This document shows positions 48,542 to 58,665 of a stretch of 64,000 bases of DNA, piece by piece; the first letter of the stretch is position 1, and each line of letters opens with the position of its first letter. This stretch comes from a virus (Duplodnaviria; Caudoviricetes). The notes beneath the pieces are model-generated. The model was not told the origin of the DNA. It ran no database searches and saw only the letters and a list, made by a program, of their open reading frames with translations. Position numbers and translations under genes: made by a program. Location of the stretch: positions 128,001-192,000 of IMG/VR virus record IMGVR_UViG_3300010167_001484. One strand, 5' to 3'.

Positions 48542-49078
48542 ATGAGAAAGACTTCAAGTATAAATCAATTTCCATATAAACATACATCTATATGTTACAT
48601 AGAAGTATTCAAAGATGGTAAAATTGAAAATCCGTTACATGCAAATGAATGTGATCGTCACCAGTTGAAAGAAGCTTATGAAAGGGCAAAGTCTAAAGAA
48701 ACTAAGTTATATTGTACATACTTGGGTACATATGCAGGCCATTTATTTATTGTAGATGATTTAGATTCTCTTGCTAATGCATTCAAATTTAAAGAAGAAT
48801 CAGAAAGAATTGAAGAAGCTTTATTACCTCAAGGTCGTAAAACATATATTTCTAAGAATGAATTAATTCAAGGAGATACATATGATGTTAAAATTGTAAC
48901 CTGTAATAGAGTTAATTCTTTAGATAATCTAAATATTGTTACCAGGACATTCAGTAAATTTGAGGATGCTAAAGCTTACGTAGAGTTGAGATCGTCAAAA
49001 GTATCTGATAAATATTGGGTAGATGGTATGGTAAATTCTAAAACAACTGGAGAGATCTGGTTTAGTATATCAAGATAG
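48542..49078 (+). CDS. Hypothetical protein sharing its C-terminal domain with 49123
   Basis: DTYDVKIVTCNRV vs DIYEVRIVTCTRV. Confidence 0.6.
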   Translation: MRKTSSINQFPYKHTSICYIEVFKDGKIENPLHANECDRHQLKEAYERAKSKETKLYCTYLGTYAGHLFIVDDLDSLANAFKFKEESERIEEALLPQGRKTYISKNELIQGDTYDVKIVTCNRVNSLDNLNIVTRTFSKFEDAKAYVELRSSKVSDKYWVDGMVNSKTTGEIWFSISR

Positions 49079-49122
49079 TAATCAAATTAATATCAAATTA
49101 ATATCAATAGGAGGGCATATCA

Positions 49123-49539
49123 ATGAAATTCGAAGTAATAGGACCTAAAGGTAAAGTGAAGTTAATAACATGGGATGCAAATTGTGTTTATGATTTCCTT
49201 ACATTAAAAAGAAAGGAAGCTCTTGGTTATACTTTTCGTCTTAATAAAAAAGTAGCAACCGCTGATATTGTGAATAACTATCTAAGACCTAAGTCTATCA
49301 CTAAATTCGGTAAGGTAGATACAAGAGATATTTATGAAGTTAGGATTGTAACTTGCACACGTGTTCGAAATATCCAGAGCGGTATATCTGAATCTGTTAA
49401 GGTTTTTGATACTTTCATCGATGCAGAATATTATCTTAAACAGAAGGTAGCCAAGATTGATAAAAACTATTATGTCAGTGGTGTTATCACATTGTTTAAG
49501 AAGGGTGAAGTAGCTTTAGAAATAGCTAGAGAGTGGTGA
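49123..49539 (+). CDS. Hypothetical protein, partial paralog of 48542
   Basis: See 48542; AGGAGG RBS. Confidence 0.6.
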   Translation: MKFEVIGPKGKVKLITWDANCVYDFLTLKRKEALGYTFRLNKKVATADIVNNYLRPKSITKFGKVDTRDIYEVRIVTCTRVRNIQSGISESVKVFDTFIDAEYYLKQKVAKIDKNYYVSGVITLFKKGEVALEIAREW

Positions 49540-49546
49540 GAGTCTA

Positions 49547-49702
49547 ATGTATTGTTCAAATTGTAAGGAAGTAGTGAAACCTAACGGACATTTAAGAAGT
49601 GGTATGCTATACTACACTTGTCCTCATTGTGGAGATATATTGACAGATGTCAATAAAGTAGAGAAAATAGAAGATAATTCGGAGGTGAAAATTAGTTGTT
49701 AA
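49547..49702 (+). CDS. Small zinc-ribbon protein (51 aa; absent from the ORF track)
   Basis: MYCSNCKE...YTCPHCG. Confidence 0.55.
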   Translation: MYCSNCKEVVKPNGHLRSGMLYYTCPHCGDILTDVNKVEKIEDNSEVKISC

Positions 49703-52371
49703 ATATTATCCAAGAAGGTAAGTTATATAAGATTTCGTTCAAGTATGACCCTCAGATAGTTTATTTTGTAAAAAATGTTCCAGGTAGAAGGTATAGTTCA
49801 AATCCCAAATCTTGGACAATTCCTATGGAGAACCTAGGTTTCTTCTTAAATGAGATCAAGGGTACAGAATATGAGAAGATAGTTAATATACAGTCTACAG
49901 AAGACCTCAATGTGAATCCAAAAATCGATACAACACATGTGATACCGAATATTGATATATCTAATGTGAATTTCAAGGTTAAAGAAGGTGCTACACCATT
50001 TGCACATCAATTAGATTTCATGAAATTTGCTATTCATAGATATAATAAGGGTAATCATAATGGTTTCATACTCACTGACGAAATGGGGTGTGTTTCTGGG
50101 GATGCTGTTATATCTTTTAAAAAAGGGGGAGCTTCAAGTAAACTATCGTTAAGGCAGTTTTATAATAGATATTATGGACCTAATATATCAGATAGTGTTG
50201 TATCTAGCCTTATAGAGGTTAGATGTTTAGACGAAATTTCTAAGTTATTCCGGCATCGTACATGTGAAAATGTAATATATAGTGGCATCAAATCTGTGAT
50301 TAGATTATCTTTAGATGATGGTAAGATTGTTGATTTAACTCCTGATCATTTAGTACGTATAACTATAGAGGGAGATTATAAGGAGGCAGGTGAATTAGTT
50401 GTTGGTGACGAAGTAGTGATTAATGGGGAACCTGTATGTAGAAGGTGTGGTTCTAATGAAGATATGGTTGTGAGAACGGATGCTAAATTCTATGGTTATT
50501 GTCGAAGGTGTATGTATACTCTACGTGAGGGTACACGCCATAAACATGGTGGAGGAATACATAGACGAATTGATTATGATGGTTATGTATTACTTAGTGG
50601 TCCAGAACTTAGAGATCATCCAAATTACAACTATCTTTGTGGTGTACTGGAACATCATTATGTTATGTCTAAACATATTGGAAGAGGGATCAATACACCT
50701 TATGAAGTAGTTCATCATAAAGATCGAAATAAAACTAATAATGATATAACTAATCTAGAATTGCTAACTACAGATAAACATTGGTTGGAACATTGTAATT
50801 CTGTTGATTATATAGGTAAGGGTGGACTAGTTGTAATGCGCCCAAAATACGCTAAGATTATAGCTATTGAAGATGCCGGTAGTATTGATACCTATGATAT
50901 ACAGATGGAAGCTCCTCATCATAATTTTATAGCTAATGGGGTAGTTGTACATAATTGTGGTAAAACTGTTGAAGTTATGAATCTTGCTTTATATAGACGA
51001 GAGCATCAGAATTATAAACATTGTTTAGTTATTGTTTGTATAAATGGTGCTAAATATAACTGGGTAGAAGATATATTCTTACATACTAATGGTGAAGAAT
51101 TACCTTATATCCTTGGTACAAGAATTAAACGCGATGGTAGATTAAATCATGATGCAGGAAGTAAAGCTAAACTTGAAGATCTAAAATCTGGTTATTGTTA
51201 TGGTAAAGAAGATATTAAATTACCTTATTTTCTTGTTATGAATATTGAAGCAATTAGGATGAAATCTGCGAGAAAAATGCCTATAATGGAAGAAATTATA
51301 AGATTGTGTAGATGTGGATACATTAATATGATTGCAATAGACGAAATCCATCTTAATATGTCCCCTACTTCATTACAAGGTAAAACCATTCTTAAGATTA
51401 AACAACAAACATCTAATTTAGTTGAATGGCTACCTATGACAGGTACACCTATAATAAATAGACCTACAGATGTATTTACACCTCTTAAACTTGTTGGAGG
51501 ACATGAATTCAGTAATTATTGGGTTTGGAATCAACATTTTGTAGTTTATGGAGGATTTCAAGGTCATGATATACTTGGATATAAGAATATCCCTCAATTA
51601 AAAACTATGCTTCAAACGAATATGCTTCGTAGATTAAAAAGAGATGTTTTAGATCTTCCTCCTAAGATATATTTTACAGAATATGTAGAGAATACATCTT
51701 ATCAAAGAAGGTTATATCAAGATATTCAAATTGAACTTAAACAGAAGAAGGATGAAATAATAAATCAGATGAATCCTCTAGTTGCACTTCTTAGATTACG
51801 TCAAGTTAACGGTGCACCTGAATTAGTGGATGATAAACTGGTTATAGATAAAGATTATTTGAAGAAAAATGCTAAGATTTTAAGAATTCTGGAGATTTTA
51901 GCTGATATTCATGAGCGAGGAGAAAAGGTCATCATATATAGCAATTGGATTGAACCTCTCAAGACTCTCTATAGATTTATTTCTAAAAAATATAAAGTAT
52001 GTTGTTACACAGGTACAATGAAGAGTTCTGAACGTGAACAGCATAAACAAACATTCATTAATAATCCAGAATATACAATCATGATTGGTACAATCGGTGC
52101 TTTAGGTACAAGTCATACATTAACTGTAGCAAGAAATGTTATATTCTTCGATGAATGTTGGACACCTGCTCAGAAGATTCAGGCTGAAGATCGTATCCAT
52201 CGCCCCGGCACAACACATAGTGTGAACATACATACAATTATAACAAAAGATACAATTGATGAAGTAGTTCATAATATATTAGCTGATAAGAAGGTGATGG
52301 CAGATTATATTGTAGATGGTAGTCTAAATCTTCGCCATAATTCTCAATTGTTTGATAGATTGTTGATGTGA
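49696..52371 (+). CDS. SNF2/SWI2-family (HARP-like) helicase interrupted by an intein
   Basis: N-terminal HARP-like domain; DEMG/CGKT Walker A, IDEIH, MTGTP, LRRLK, QAEDRIHRPG. Confidence 0.9.
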   Translation: MLNIIQEGKLYKISFKYDPQIVYFVKNVPGRRYSSNPKSWTIPMENLGFFLNEIKGTEYEKIVNIQSTEDLNVNPKIDTTHVIPNIDISNVNFKVKEGATPFAHQLDFMKFAIHRYNKGNHNGFILTDEMGCVSGDAVISFKKGGASSKLSLRQFYNRYYGPNISDSVVSSLIEVRCLDEISKLFRHRTCENVIYSGIKSVIRLSLDDGKIVDLTPDHLVRITIEGDYKEAGELVVGDEVVINGEPVCRRCGSNEDMVVRTDAKFYGYCRRCMYTLREGTRHKHGGGIHRRIDYDGYVLLSGPELRDHPNYNYLCGVLEHHYVMSKHIGRGINTPYEVVHHKDRNKTNNDITNLELLTTDKHWLEHCNSVDYIGKGGLVVMRPKYAKIIAIEDAGSIDTYDIQMEAPHHNFIANGVVVHNCGKTVEVMNLALYRREHQNYKHCLVIVCINGAKYNWVEDIFLHTNGEELPYILGTRIKRDGRLNHDAGSKAKLEDLKSGYCYGKEDIKLPYFLVMNIEAIRMKSARKMPIMEEIIRLCRCGYINMIAIDEIHLNMSPTSLQGKTILKIKQQTSNLVEWLPMTGTPIINRPTDVFTPLKLVGGHEFSNYWVWNQHFVVYGGFQGHDILGYKNIPQLKTMLQTNMLRRLKRDVLDLPPKIYFTEYVENTSYQRRLYQDIQIELKQKKDEIINQMNPLVALLRLRQVNGAPELVDDKLVIDKDYLKKNAKILRILEILADIHERGEKVIIYSNWIEPLKTLYRFISKKYKVCCYTGTMKSSEREQHKQTFINNPEYTIMIGTIGALGTSHTLTVARNVIFFDECWTPAQKIQAEDRIHRPGTTHSVNIHTIITKDTIDEVVHNILADKKVMADYIVDGSLNLRHNSQLFDRLLM
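50089..50955 (+). mobile_element. Intein (289 aa) with embedded HNH endonuclease
   Basis: Starts CVSGDA; block B LTPDH; ends YDI..HNFIANGVVVHN followed by +1 Cys; HNH VVHHKDRNKTNNDITNLELL. Confidence 0.9.
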
Positions 52372-52374
52372 TTA

Positions 52375-52387
52375 AACCTTTAATATA
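52375..52387 (+). promoter_or_regulatory. Putative late promoter
   Basis: AACCTTTAATATA. Confidence 0.55.
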
Positions 52388-52391
52388 TTGT

Positions 52392-52544
52392 ATGGATAAA
52401 AATCAAGTATTCAAAGGTAAGGATCTGATGCATTGGGCATGGATTGTATTGATATCAATAGGAAGTTTTATATTATTAATAATTATAGCTTGGTTTGTAA
52501 TGGGATGTATATTTGCTTATCTAAGAGGTAAATATGGAGAGTAA
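52392..52544 (+). CDS. Small single-TM membrane protein (absent from the ORF track; may start at 52428)
   Basis: MDKNQVFKGKDLMHWAWIVLISIGSFILLIIIAWFVMGCIFAYLRGKYGE*. Confidence 0.5.
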   Translation: MDKNQVFKGKDLMHWAWIVLISIGSFILLIIIAWFVMGCIFAYLRGKYGE

Positions 52545-52644
52545 AAATATGTATTAAATTCGTTATAGTATATTGTCATACTTAATTGTATGTGGATTGA
52601 AATTAGTATATAAAATTATGCTATATAAGAAGGAGTAAATTAAG

Positions 52645-53496
52645 ATGAAAATATTAGTCAGTTCAGCAAGAAAAGATGATCTTATTAAACAAAGAGACCA
52701 ATGGGAATCTGATAATGCTGCCCAGAAATCTAAATATGAAGCACAAAGTAAACAATTCTATGAAAAACAACAAGAAGTATTTGATGATATAAAAAATCAA
52801 GTACTTGGATATTTATCTGAGTGTAAGATAGATATTGTTGTTAATATCATGCAGGCACTTTCATTTCAAGGTGGGGGTATAGAAGTTAGAGTCGAATCTA
52901 ATGAACGCAACGTGCACGGTAAAGATAAAGCACTCAGTTGGAATTGGAGGGTTTCTTTAGATAGTGGAGGTGAGGTTGTTAAGGAAACATCATCTTGGTC
53001 AGGTTTACAAGCTACTACTCCTGCTCAACTTGATTCATTGAGAGAAACTGTAAAAGCTTTAGAAATATTGAATGATATTGATTGGTCACATATGTTAAAT
53101 GTAACTCTTCCTGATTATCGTGAATACGTGACTGAACCGTCTAGTATTGGTCAACGTCCTAAATTTGAATCAGATATTCTTGATGAAGAATTGAAGGCTC
53201 TGATTGGTACTAATACACTAGTTAAGGGTATGTATAAGCCTGATGGTGATAGACATTCACGAGGTATGAATAAAAATTACTATCAATATTATCTGATATT
53301 GAAGGATTCTGGTAGTCAATATACAATAGCTGACGTATCTCGAGATCAAGTTGAAAATGAGGAGTATCGTAGAGGTAAGACTCTTGCTGAACTTGTTGAA
53401 AGTGCTAAAAAGTATTCAAATAGAATCAGAAAAGATACATTCCAACAGATGTTATTCAAACCTCTTGAAACTGTTGATGTTGGTGGTGTTGAATAA
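52645..53496 (+). CDS. Leader-bearing (MKILVSS) protein
   Basis: AAGGAG RBS; first gene of the array. Confidence 0.65.
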   Translation: MKILVSSARKDDLIKQRDQWESDNAAQKSKYEAQSKQFYEKQQEVFDDIKNQVLGYLSECKIDIVVNIMQALSFQGGGIEVRVESNERNVHGKDKALSWNWRVSLDSGGEVVKETSSWSGLQATTPAQLDSLRETVKALEILNDIDWSHMLNVTLPDYREYVTEPSSIGQRPKFESDILDEELKALIGTNTLVKGMYKPDGDRHSRGMNKNYYQYYLILKDSGSQYTIADVSRDQVENEEYRRGKTLAELVESAKKYSNRIRKDTFQQMLFKPLETVDVGGVE

Positions 53497-53508
53497 AGGA
53501 GATATATA

Positions 53509-53874
53509 ATGAAGAGATTAATCAAAGCTGCAGATAATAATGATGTAATACTTTCATCTGAATATTTTGATTTAGTGTCTAGATCAGGTACAGGTATGGG
53601 TAATGTACCTTGGAGTAGTTATGAAATTTATTCTAAAGGTCTAGCTGAAGATTTGATAGTTAGAATTGATTTAAATAATCAAAATATTGATTTCAATAGT
53701 TGGAAAGAAGGTGAACCTCCTTTAAAATATATACCATATAGTATATGTATTAATTGGGGATTTTCTTCTCAAGGTGATCCTGATGTAATTGGGATGATAA
53801 CAGTACTTCAAGAAGCCATGAAATTTGGTAATGAAGTTGCTGAGCATTTTGGTATTAAAACTATTAATTTTTAA
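53509..53874 (+). CDS. Leader-bearing (MKRLIKA) protein
   Basis: ORF plus RBS. Confidence 0.65.
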   Translation: MKRLIKAADNNDVILSSEYFDLVSRSGTGMGNVPWSSYEIYSKGLAEDLIVRIDLNNQNIDFNSWKEGEPPLKYIPYSICINWGFSSQGDPDVIGMITVLQEAMKFGNEVAEHFGIKTINF

Positions 53875-53901
53875 TCAATTTAGAAGAAGGATAGATGTAT
53901 C

Positions 53902-54114
53902 ATGAAGAAAGTTGTAAAATCTGAAATTGAAATATCTGATGATATGCTTAAGCGGTTGCTTAGAGAAGTTGCTAGATTGTCTAATAAGATATTAGATGAT
54001 AAAAATTATGATGAGATTTATCATATGTCTGAAGAAACACGCAAAAAAGTTAAAACTCTTTGTAATAATTTCTTGGATACTATCATATATGAACTTGAAT
54101 TAGATAGAGGCTGA
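53902..54114 (+). CDS. Leader-bearing (MKKVVKS) protein
   Basis: ORF plus RBS. Confidence 0.65.
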   Translation: MKKVVKSEIEISDDMLKRLLREVARLSNKILDDKNYDEIYHMSEETRKKVKTLCNNFLDTIIYELELDRG

Positions 54115-54116
54115 AT

Positions 54117-54380
54117 ATGAAAAAATTAATTAAATCATCCTCTTATCCAGGAGAAACTTCTCTGGATAAACTTTCTTATATGTTAGGAGATTTAAGTAAT
54201 CATATAACCGAAGTAAATCGTATAGTAAATGATATGTATGCAATATCCACTGAATATAGTGAATTGAATGATATATTGGATAAAAGTACAATTCCATTTA
54301 TTCAAAGTATGATTGAAGATGATAGGCCTGGAAGTATTCCTAGATTACGTCAAGCAATTAAAGATGCAAAGTATTTATAA
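54117..54380 (+). CDS. Leader-bearing (MKKLIKS) protein
   Basis: ORF plus RBS. Confidence 0.65.
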   Translation: MKKLIKSSSYPGETSLDKLSYMLGDLSNHITEVNRIVNDMYAISTEYSELNDILDKSTIPFIQSMIEDDRPGSIPRLRQAIKDAKYL

Positions 54381-54428
54381 GACTTTGTCATATTAATGTA
54401 GTATGTTGATTGAAGAAGGAGATATAAG

Positions 54429-54800
54429 ATGAAGAAGATCATAAGAGCGTCAGATGAAGCAAAATCATACAGAAAATTAATTAAATCTTCAACTATTGAA
54501 GATGAGGATGAAGAAGATCTTGAAGCATGTGACAGTGTTATGGGTGAAGATGGTGCTGATCAGTATGTAGAAGATGATATAATGGGTGCCGAAGGTGGTG
54601 GCTCTAAAGAAGAGGCTTTTGATGAGGGTCTATCTGATTTAAAATCTGATTTTGATTATGCTATGGATGGATTAGATAAGATGGCTCGCGATGGTAATAC
54701 AGATGAAGCACTTTCTCTAGTACTTGAATTTAGTTCAGGTGTTGCAGGTATAATAAGTAAAATAGTAGATGGAATATCTGGAGAAGTTACTGAAGAGTAA
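54429..54800 (+). CDS. Very acidic leader-bearing protein with a tandem leader (MKKIIRAS...RKLIKSS)
   Basis: ORF plus RBS; internal VMG/IMG motifs. Confidence 0.65.
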   Translation: MKKIIRASDEAKSYRKLIKSSTIEDEDEEDLEACDSVMGEDGADQYVEDDIMGAEGGGSKEEAFDEGLSDLKSDFDYAMDGLDKMARDGNTDEALSLVLEFSSGVAGIISKIVDGISGEVTEE

Positions 54801-54811
54801 GGAGATATATT

Positions 54812-55159
54812 GTGAAGAGATTAATAAGGGCTACGTCTGTAAAAGATTGGGATTATAAGAAAGAAAATAGCATTGTAGATCCTTCTTATCTTGAATCTCA
54901 ACTTCCTAATAGTATGAGATATAAAGAGTGGCATCTTGAGCCTAAACGTGCTGACGAATCCACAATTGTTTTTACATGGATAACACAGGGAGAAGTTACA
55001 GATGAAGGATATATGTATATAGAACATTATGCAGATCAGATAGCAGATGATCTTAGATACTATTATGAGGATGCTAAAACATTAGAAGTTGAAATATATC
55101 AAAAGGATTATCGCAATGATAAAACTAAATGGCACACCTTTAGTCAGCCCATTAGATAG
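54812..55159 (+). CDS. Leader-bearing (MKRLIRA) protein
   Basis: GTG start, AAGGAG RBS. Confidence 0.65.
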   Translation: MKRLIRATSVKDWDYKKENSIVDPSYLESQLPNSMRYKEWHLEPKRADESTIVFTWITQGEVTDEGYMYIEHYADQIADDLRYYYEDAKTLEVEIYQKDYRNDKTKWHTFSQPIR

Positions 55160-55167
55160 GAGATATT

Positions 55168-57639
55168 ATGAGAAAAACAATATATGGAAAAAGGAGTACA
55201 CCTGAAGATTTCTTAAATGCACTTGGTGATAAGATAACTGAATTGGAAGGAGGTATAACTTCTGCTCATAGAGCTGGAGATCCTTTTGATGATGAACTAG
55301 ATGATTCAGATGAAATTACACTTCATGCACATTACACTTTACCTGAAGATGTTTATATGGAGATATTAAATCTAGAGTCTGAACAATCACAATATTCTGA
55401 TAAGATTAGCAAAGCTGCTCAATTAGTATCAGAATATGATAGTCATGCTTTCAATATATGGCAAAGGAATGTTGGTGAAGTAGGTAGTCCTGCATATCAA
55501 TATAAAGAACTTACGGATTTACTTGTTATGAAGTATGAAGATATGTATGGAGTACCAGATATAACTGCTGCAACAAATGTGAATACATCTACTAAGCGAA
55601 TTATTCGTGCTACTAAGAAGGGTTCGCCTCAAGATTTTGAAGAAGCACTTCATAGTCGTATATCTGAACTTGAGGGTGGAGTTCAATCTGCAGAATATGT
55701 AGAAGGTGTATTTCTTGATCAAAATGATGCGTATAATGCAAGTACAGGTCAATGGGATGATTATGAATCCGAAGAGCGAGGAGATAATTTCGAATATAAA
55801 GGATTCAATGTTCATAGAGATTGTTGGGATGGTGATGGTGAAACTGGTCCACAAGCCCCTCAAATATATTTTGAAATATATGGTCCTGAAGGTAATGATT
55901 ATACAAATGAGGTAAATTTATCAGCATATTATGATGATAATAGTATAACTGGATATAATTTTGATATATTCAAAGATGATGAAGTTAAACGTGTAATTGA
56001 TGAACTTATATCAAATGGATATAGTTATGAAGAAGTATGTCCTAACTGTCATGGTGGAGGTTGTCCAGATTGTATAGGATTAGATGATATAGATTCATCT
56101 GTGAAAGCCTCATCTGGTGGAGATATAGATCATATAACTGAAGACGATATTCAGTTATGGATAGATGATGAATTGAATGCACTTGAAGATGATGATTGGG
56201 AAGGTTTACAGGATGTTATATGGGCTTGTCCAGATAGTGTTCTTGAGGATGATCTTCAACTTATGTATGATAGTTGTTTACATGATGGTGATTTTGATGA
56301 TTGTGTATCATCCTTAGATGGTATTGCAAGTGATTATATAGATAATTATATTACCTCTAGTGCAGATATAAATGATAAAATTCAAGGTCCTCAAACAAAT
56401 GAAGATTTAGTTGGACTTGCAACAAAATATGGTTTGAATTATGATTACGATGAAGCTGGTAATCTCATTGTATTTGATGAAACATATGATCTCAATCTTG
56501 CAGGATTAGAAGATGGTTACGGCCCTAATATAGATGCTTTCTTTGATGAAGCAAGTCAGAACCCTTCATTCCATTATGAAGATTATGATGGTGAATTCGG
56601 TGTAGGATTCAAGGGAATAAGAGGTATAGCAGATGTGATGGGTGCTGATACATCTAATATTAATTACAATGTAGGTGATTTGTTTGAATTGACAGATACA
56701 TCTCATCCTTATACTTTCGAGATATTGGAAATAACTGATGAACATGTTCAAATACAAAACTTCACCACAGGAGTTACACCTAGCCCTATATCTAAAGATG
56801 AATTTGATTCAAGATGGGGCTCAGGATATTATACTTATACTGGTAATAAGGATACCGCATATGGTCCTATAGAATCTAGTGAATCCATATATGGTACAGG
56901 TGAAGGCGAAGTTGTTTTAAATAATACAAATACAGATGCAGAAGGTATTCTAGCAGCTGATTTACTTAATGATAAAGATTATGTTGAAAGACTTGCATCT
57001 GAAACCGTTGATTGGGTCGCAAATTTTGGATATCAAGCAGGGTATCAAATACAGCCAGATGAAAATTATTTATACTTTGAAGTATTTGATGTAGATGATG
57101 TAGTTATACATGAATATCTTCAATCTATAGCTGATATTGAACCAATTGAAGCCGATCTTTTTGATGATTCTAGAAAACTTGCAGAAGCTATAATGGAGGG
57201 TATACCTGGTTGGGAAGATAATATTGCTAATGATGAGGGTCTAGCACTTGATCGTTCAGAATCTGGTTATGATAAATTTGGTATGCCTTTTGACGGAGTC
57301 GAAAGTTCTCAAGAAATTGTAGCAGATGATTATCCTGTTGAAGATGAATTCAATTCTGCAGTTCAAAGACCTAAGAAATTTAGAAAGTATGAAGCATTTC
57401 TTGATGAGTTAACAGCTATAGCATTTGATTGTGTAGATGTTGATGGTCTCAATTTTGAAAGTACTGCAGTTGATTGGCTTAGTAGTGAATTAAATAATCG
57501 TGATTTAGCTGAAAAATATGTCCGTCGTTTCATTAAAGAGAATGATATGGAGAATTCAGATACTGACTATGATATTGGAACTGATCATTATGGTGAACCT
57601 GAAATTCCTTATACTCCTCCTAACAGATATAGATATTAG
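55168..57639 (+). CDS. Large acidic multidomain (polyprotein-like) protein punctuated by [IV]-x-[ASG] motifs
   Basis: 823 aa; internal leader KRIIRAT; duplicated P[EQ]DF..AL...I.ELEGG[IV].SA module. Confidence 0.65.
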   Translation: MRKTIYGKRSTPEDFLNALGDKITELEGGITSAHRAGDPFDDELDDSDEITLHAHYTLPEDVYMEILNLESEQSQYSDKISKAAQLVSEYDSHAFNIWQRNVGEVGSPAYQYKELTDLLVMKYEDMYGVPDITAATNVNTSTKRIIRATKKGSPQDFEEALHSRISELEGGVQSAEYVEGVFLDQNDAYNASTGQWDDYESEERGDNFEYKGFNVHRDCWDGDGETGPQAPQIYFEIYGPEGNDYTNEVNLSAYYDDNSITGYNFDIFKDDEVKRVIDELISNGYSYEEVCPNCHGGGCPDCIGLDDIDSSVKASSGGDIDHITEDDIQLWIDDELNALEDDDWEGLQDVIWACPDSVLEDDLQLMYDSCLHDGDFDDCVSSLDGIASDYIDNYITSSADINDKIQGPQTNEDLVGLATKYGLNYDYDEAGNLIVFDETYDLNLAGLEDGYGPNIDAFFDEASQNPSFHYEDYDGEFGVGFKGIRGIADVMGADTSNINYNVGDLFELTDTSHPYTFEILEITDEHVQIQNFTTGVTPSPISKDEFDSRWGSGYYTYTGNKDTAYGPIESSESIYGTGEGEVVLNNTNTDAEGILAADLLNDKDYVERLASETVDWVANFGYQAGYQIQPDENYLYFEVFDVDDVVIHEYLQSIADIEPIEADLFDDSRKLAEAIMEGIPGWEDNIANDEGLALDRSESGYDKFGMPFDGVESSQEIVADDYPVEDEFNSAVQRPKKFRKYEAFLDELTAIAFDCVDVDGLNFESTAVDWLSSELNNRDLAEKYVRRFIKENDMENSDTDYDIGTDHYGEPEIPYTPPNRYRY

Positions 57640-57653
57640 AAAGAAGCTAGATT

Positions 57654-58337
57654 ATGAAGGTATTGGTTAGAGCTGCAGTAGAAGATAATGATGATTATAG
57701 ACAAGATGAATCTATTGAATCTAGATTAAATGATATTTATTTAATCTTCAATGATAAGCCTAATAAAGCTCTAGAAGCTAAATGGGAGAAAGCTTGGGAT
57801 CTGTATGAATCTTGGCAAAGACACGGTGATGATAATGATTTACAAGCTGTTATTTCAATAATTTCAAAGGTAGAAAAGTCTAAGAAACAAACTGAGAGAG
57901 TTATCAAGAAAAAACGAGAGGCTGATCCTAATCATCCTGTAGATACAATAGAATATATAGGTGATTTCTTCTATGATGGTAAGCATCTAACATTTAGGAC
58001 TTTTGGTGCTTCTTATAGCTATCAGAATACTTATATATTACGTAATGGTACTAAGATTGATATACCTGCTGCAAAAGATGCGATATCTAATGGAAATATT
58101 AGTGGGGACTATTTTCAAAAAGATGATAAGGTTGCCGAAGTATTGGAATCTATTGGATGGTTTTCACGTGAAAATTTAATCAAAGAATTTGCAAAACAAT
58201 ATCAAGGTTGGAGCAAAGAAGAGTTAGTTACAGAATTGAAGAGTAGAGATTCTAATAGATATAAGAAAGCAGAAGATTATAGTTCTACAGTTATTAGAGA
58301 GTGGTTAGCAGAATGTGATATAGGGAGTCAATGGTAA
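57654..58337 (+). CDS. Leader-bearing (MKVLVRA) protein
   Basis: ORF. Confidence 0.65.
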   Translation: MKVLVRAAVEDNDDYRQDESIESRLNDIYLIFNDKPNKALEAKWEKAWDLYESWQRHGDDNDLQAVISIISKVEKSKKQTERVIKKKREADPNHPVDTIEYIGDFFYDGKHLTFRTFGASYSYQNTYILRNGTKIDIPAAKDAISNGNISGDYFQKDDKVAEVLESIGWFSRENLIKEFAKQYQGWSKEELVTELKSRDSNRYKKAEDYSSTVIREWLAECDIGSQW

Positions 58338-58341
58338 TATA

Positions 58342-58638
58342 ATGAAACGTGTTATTAGATCTGCATGGAAATCATCTTGGAATGATAAATTTGATGAAAA
58401 TATTGCTGGTTCAATAATTCCAATTGAAGTAGCTCAAGAAATTGATGATGCTGGTGGATATATAACACAAGAGAATAATCATACTTTTATTAGTTGTTCA
58501 AATGATGTGAATATCTTTAGATTATTAGATGATGCAGATATTGAATATTCTTGGAAACATGATTCTAGAGGTGATTTCAATTATAAAGATATGCCAGGAT
58601 TTTATGATATAATAATTACAATTGATAATAATCAATAA
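58342..58638 (+). CDS. Leader-bearing (MKRVIRS) protein
   Basis: ORF. Confidence 0.65.
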   Translation: MKRVIRSAWKSSWNDKFDENIAGSIIPIEVAQEIDDAGGYITQENNHTFISCSNDVNIFRLLDDADIEYSWKHDSRGDFNYKDMPGFYDIIITIDNNQ

Positions 58639-58665
58639 ATACATTTTAAGGTAAGGTGAAGTAGT

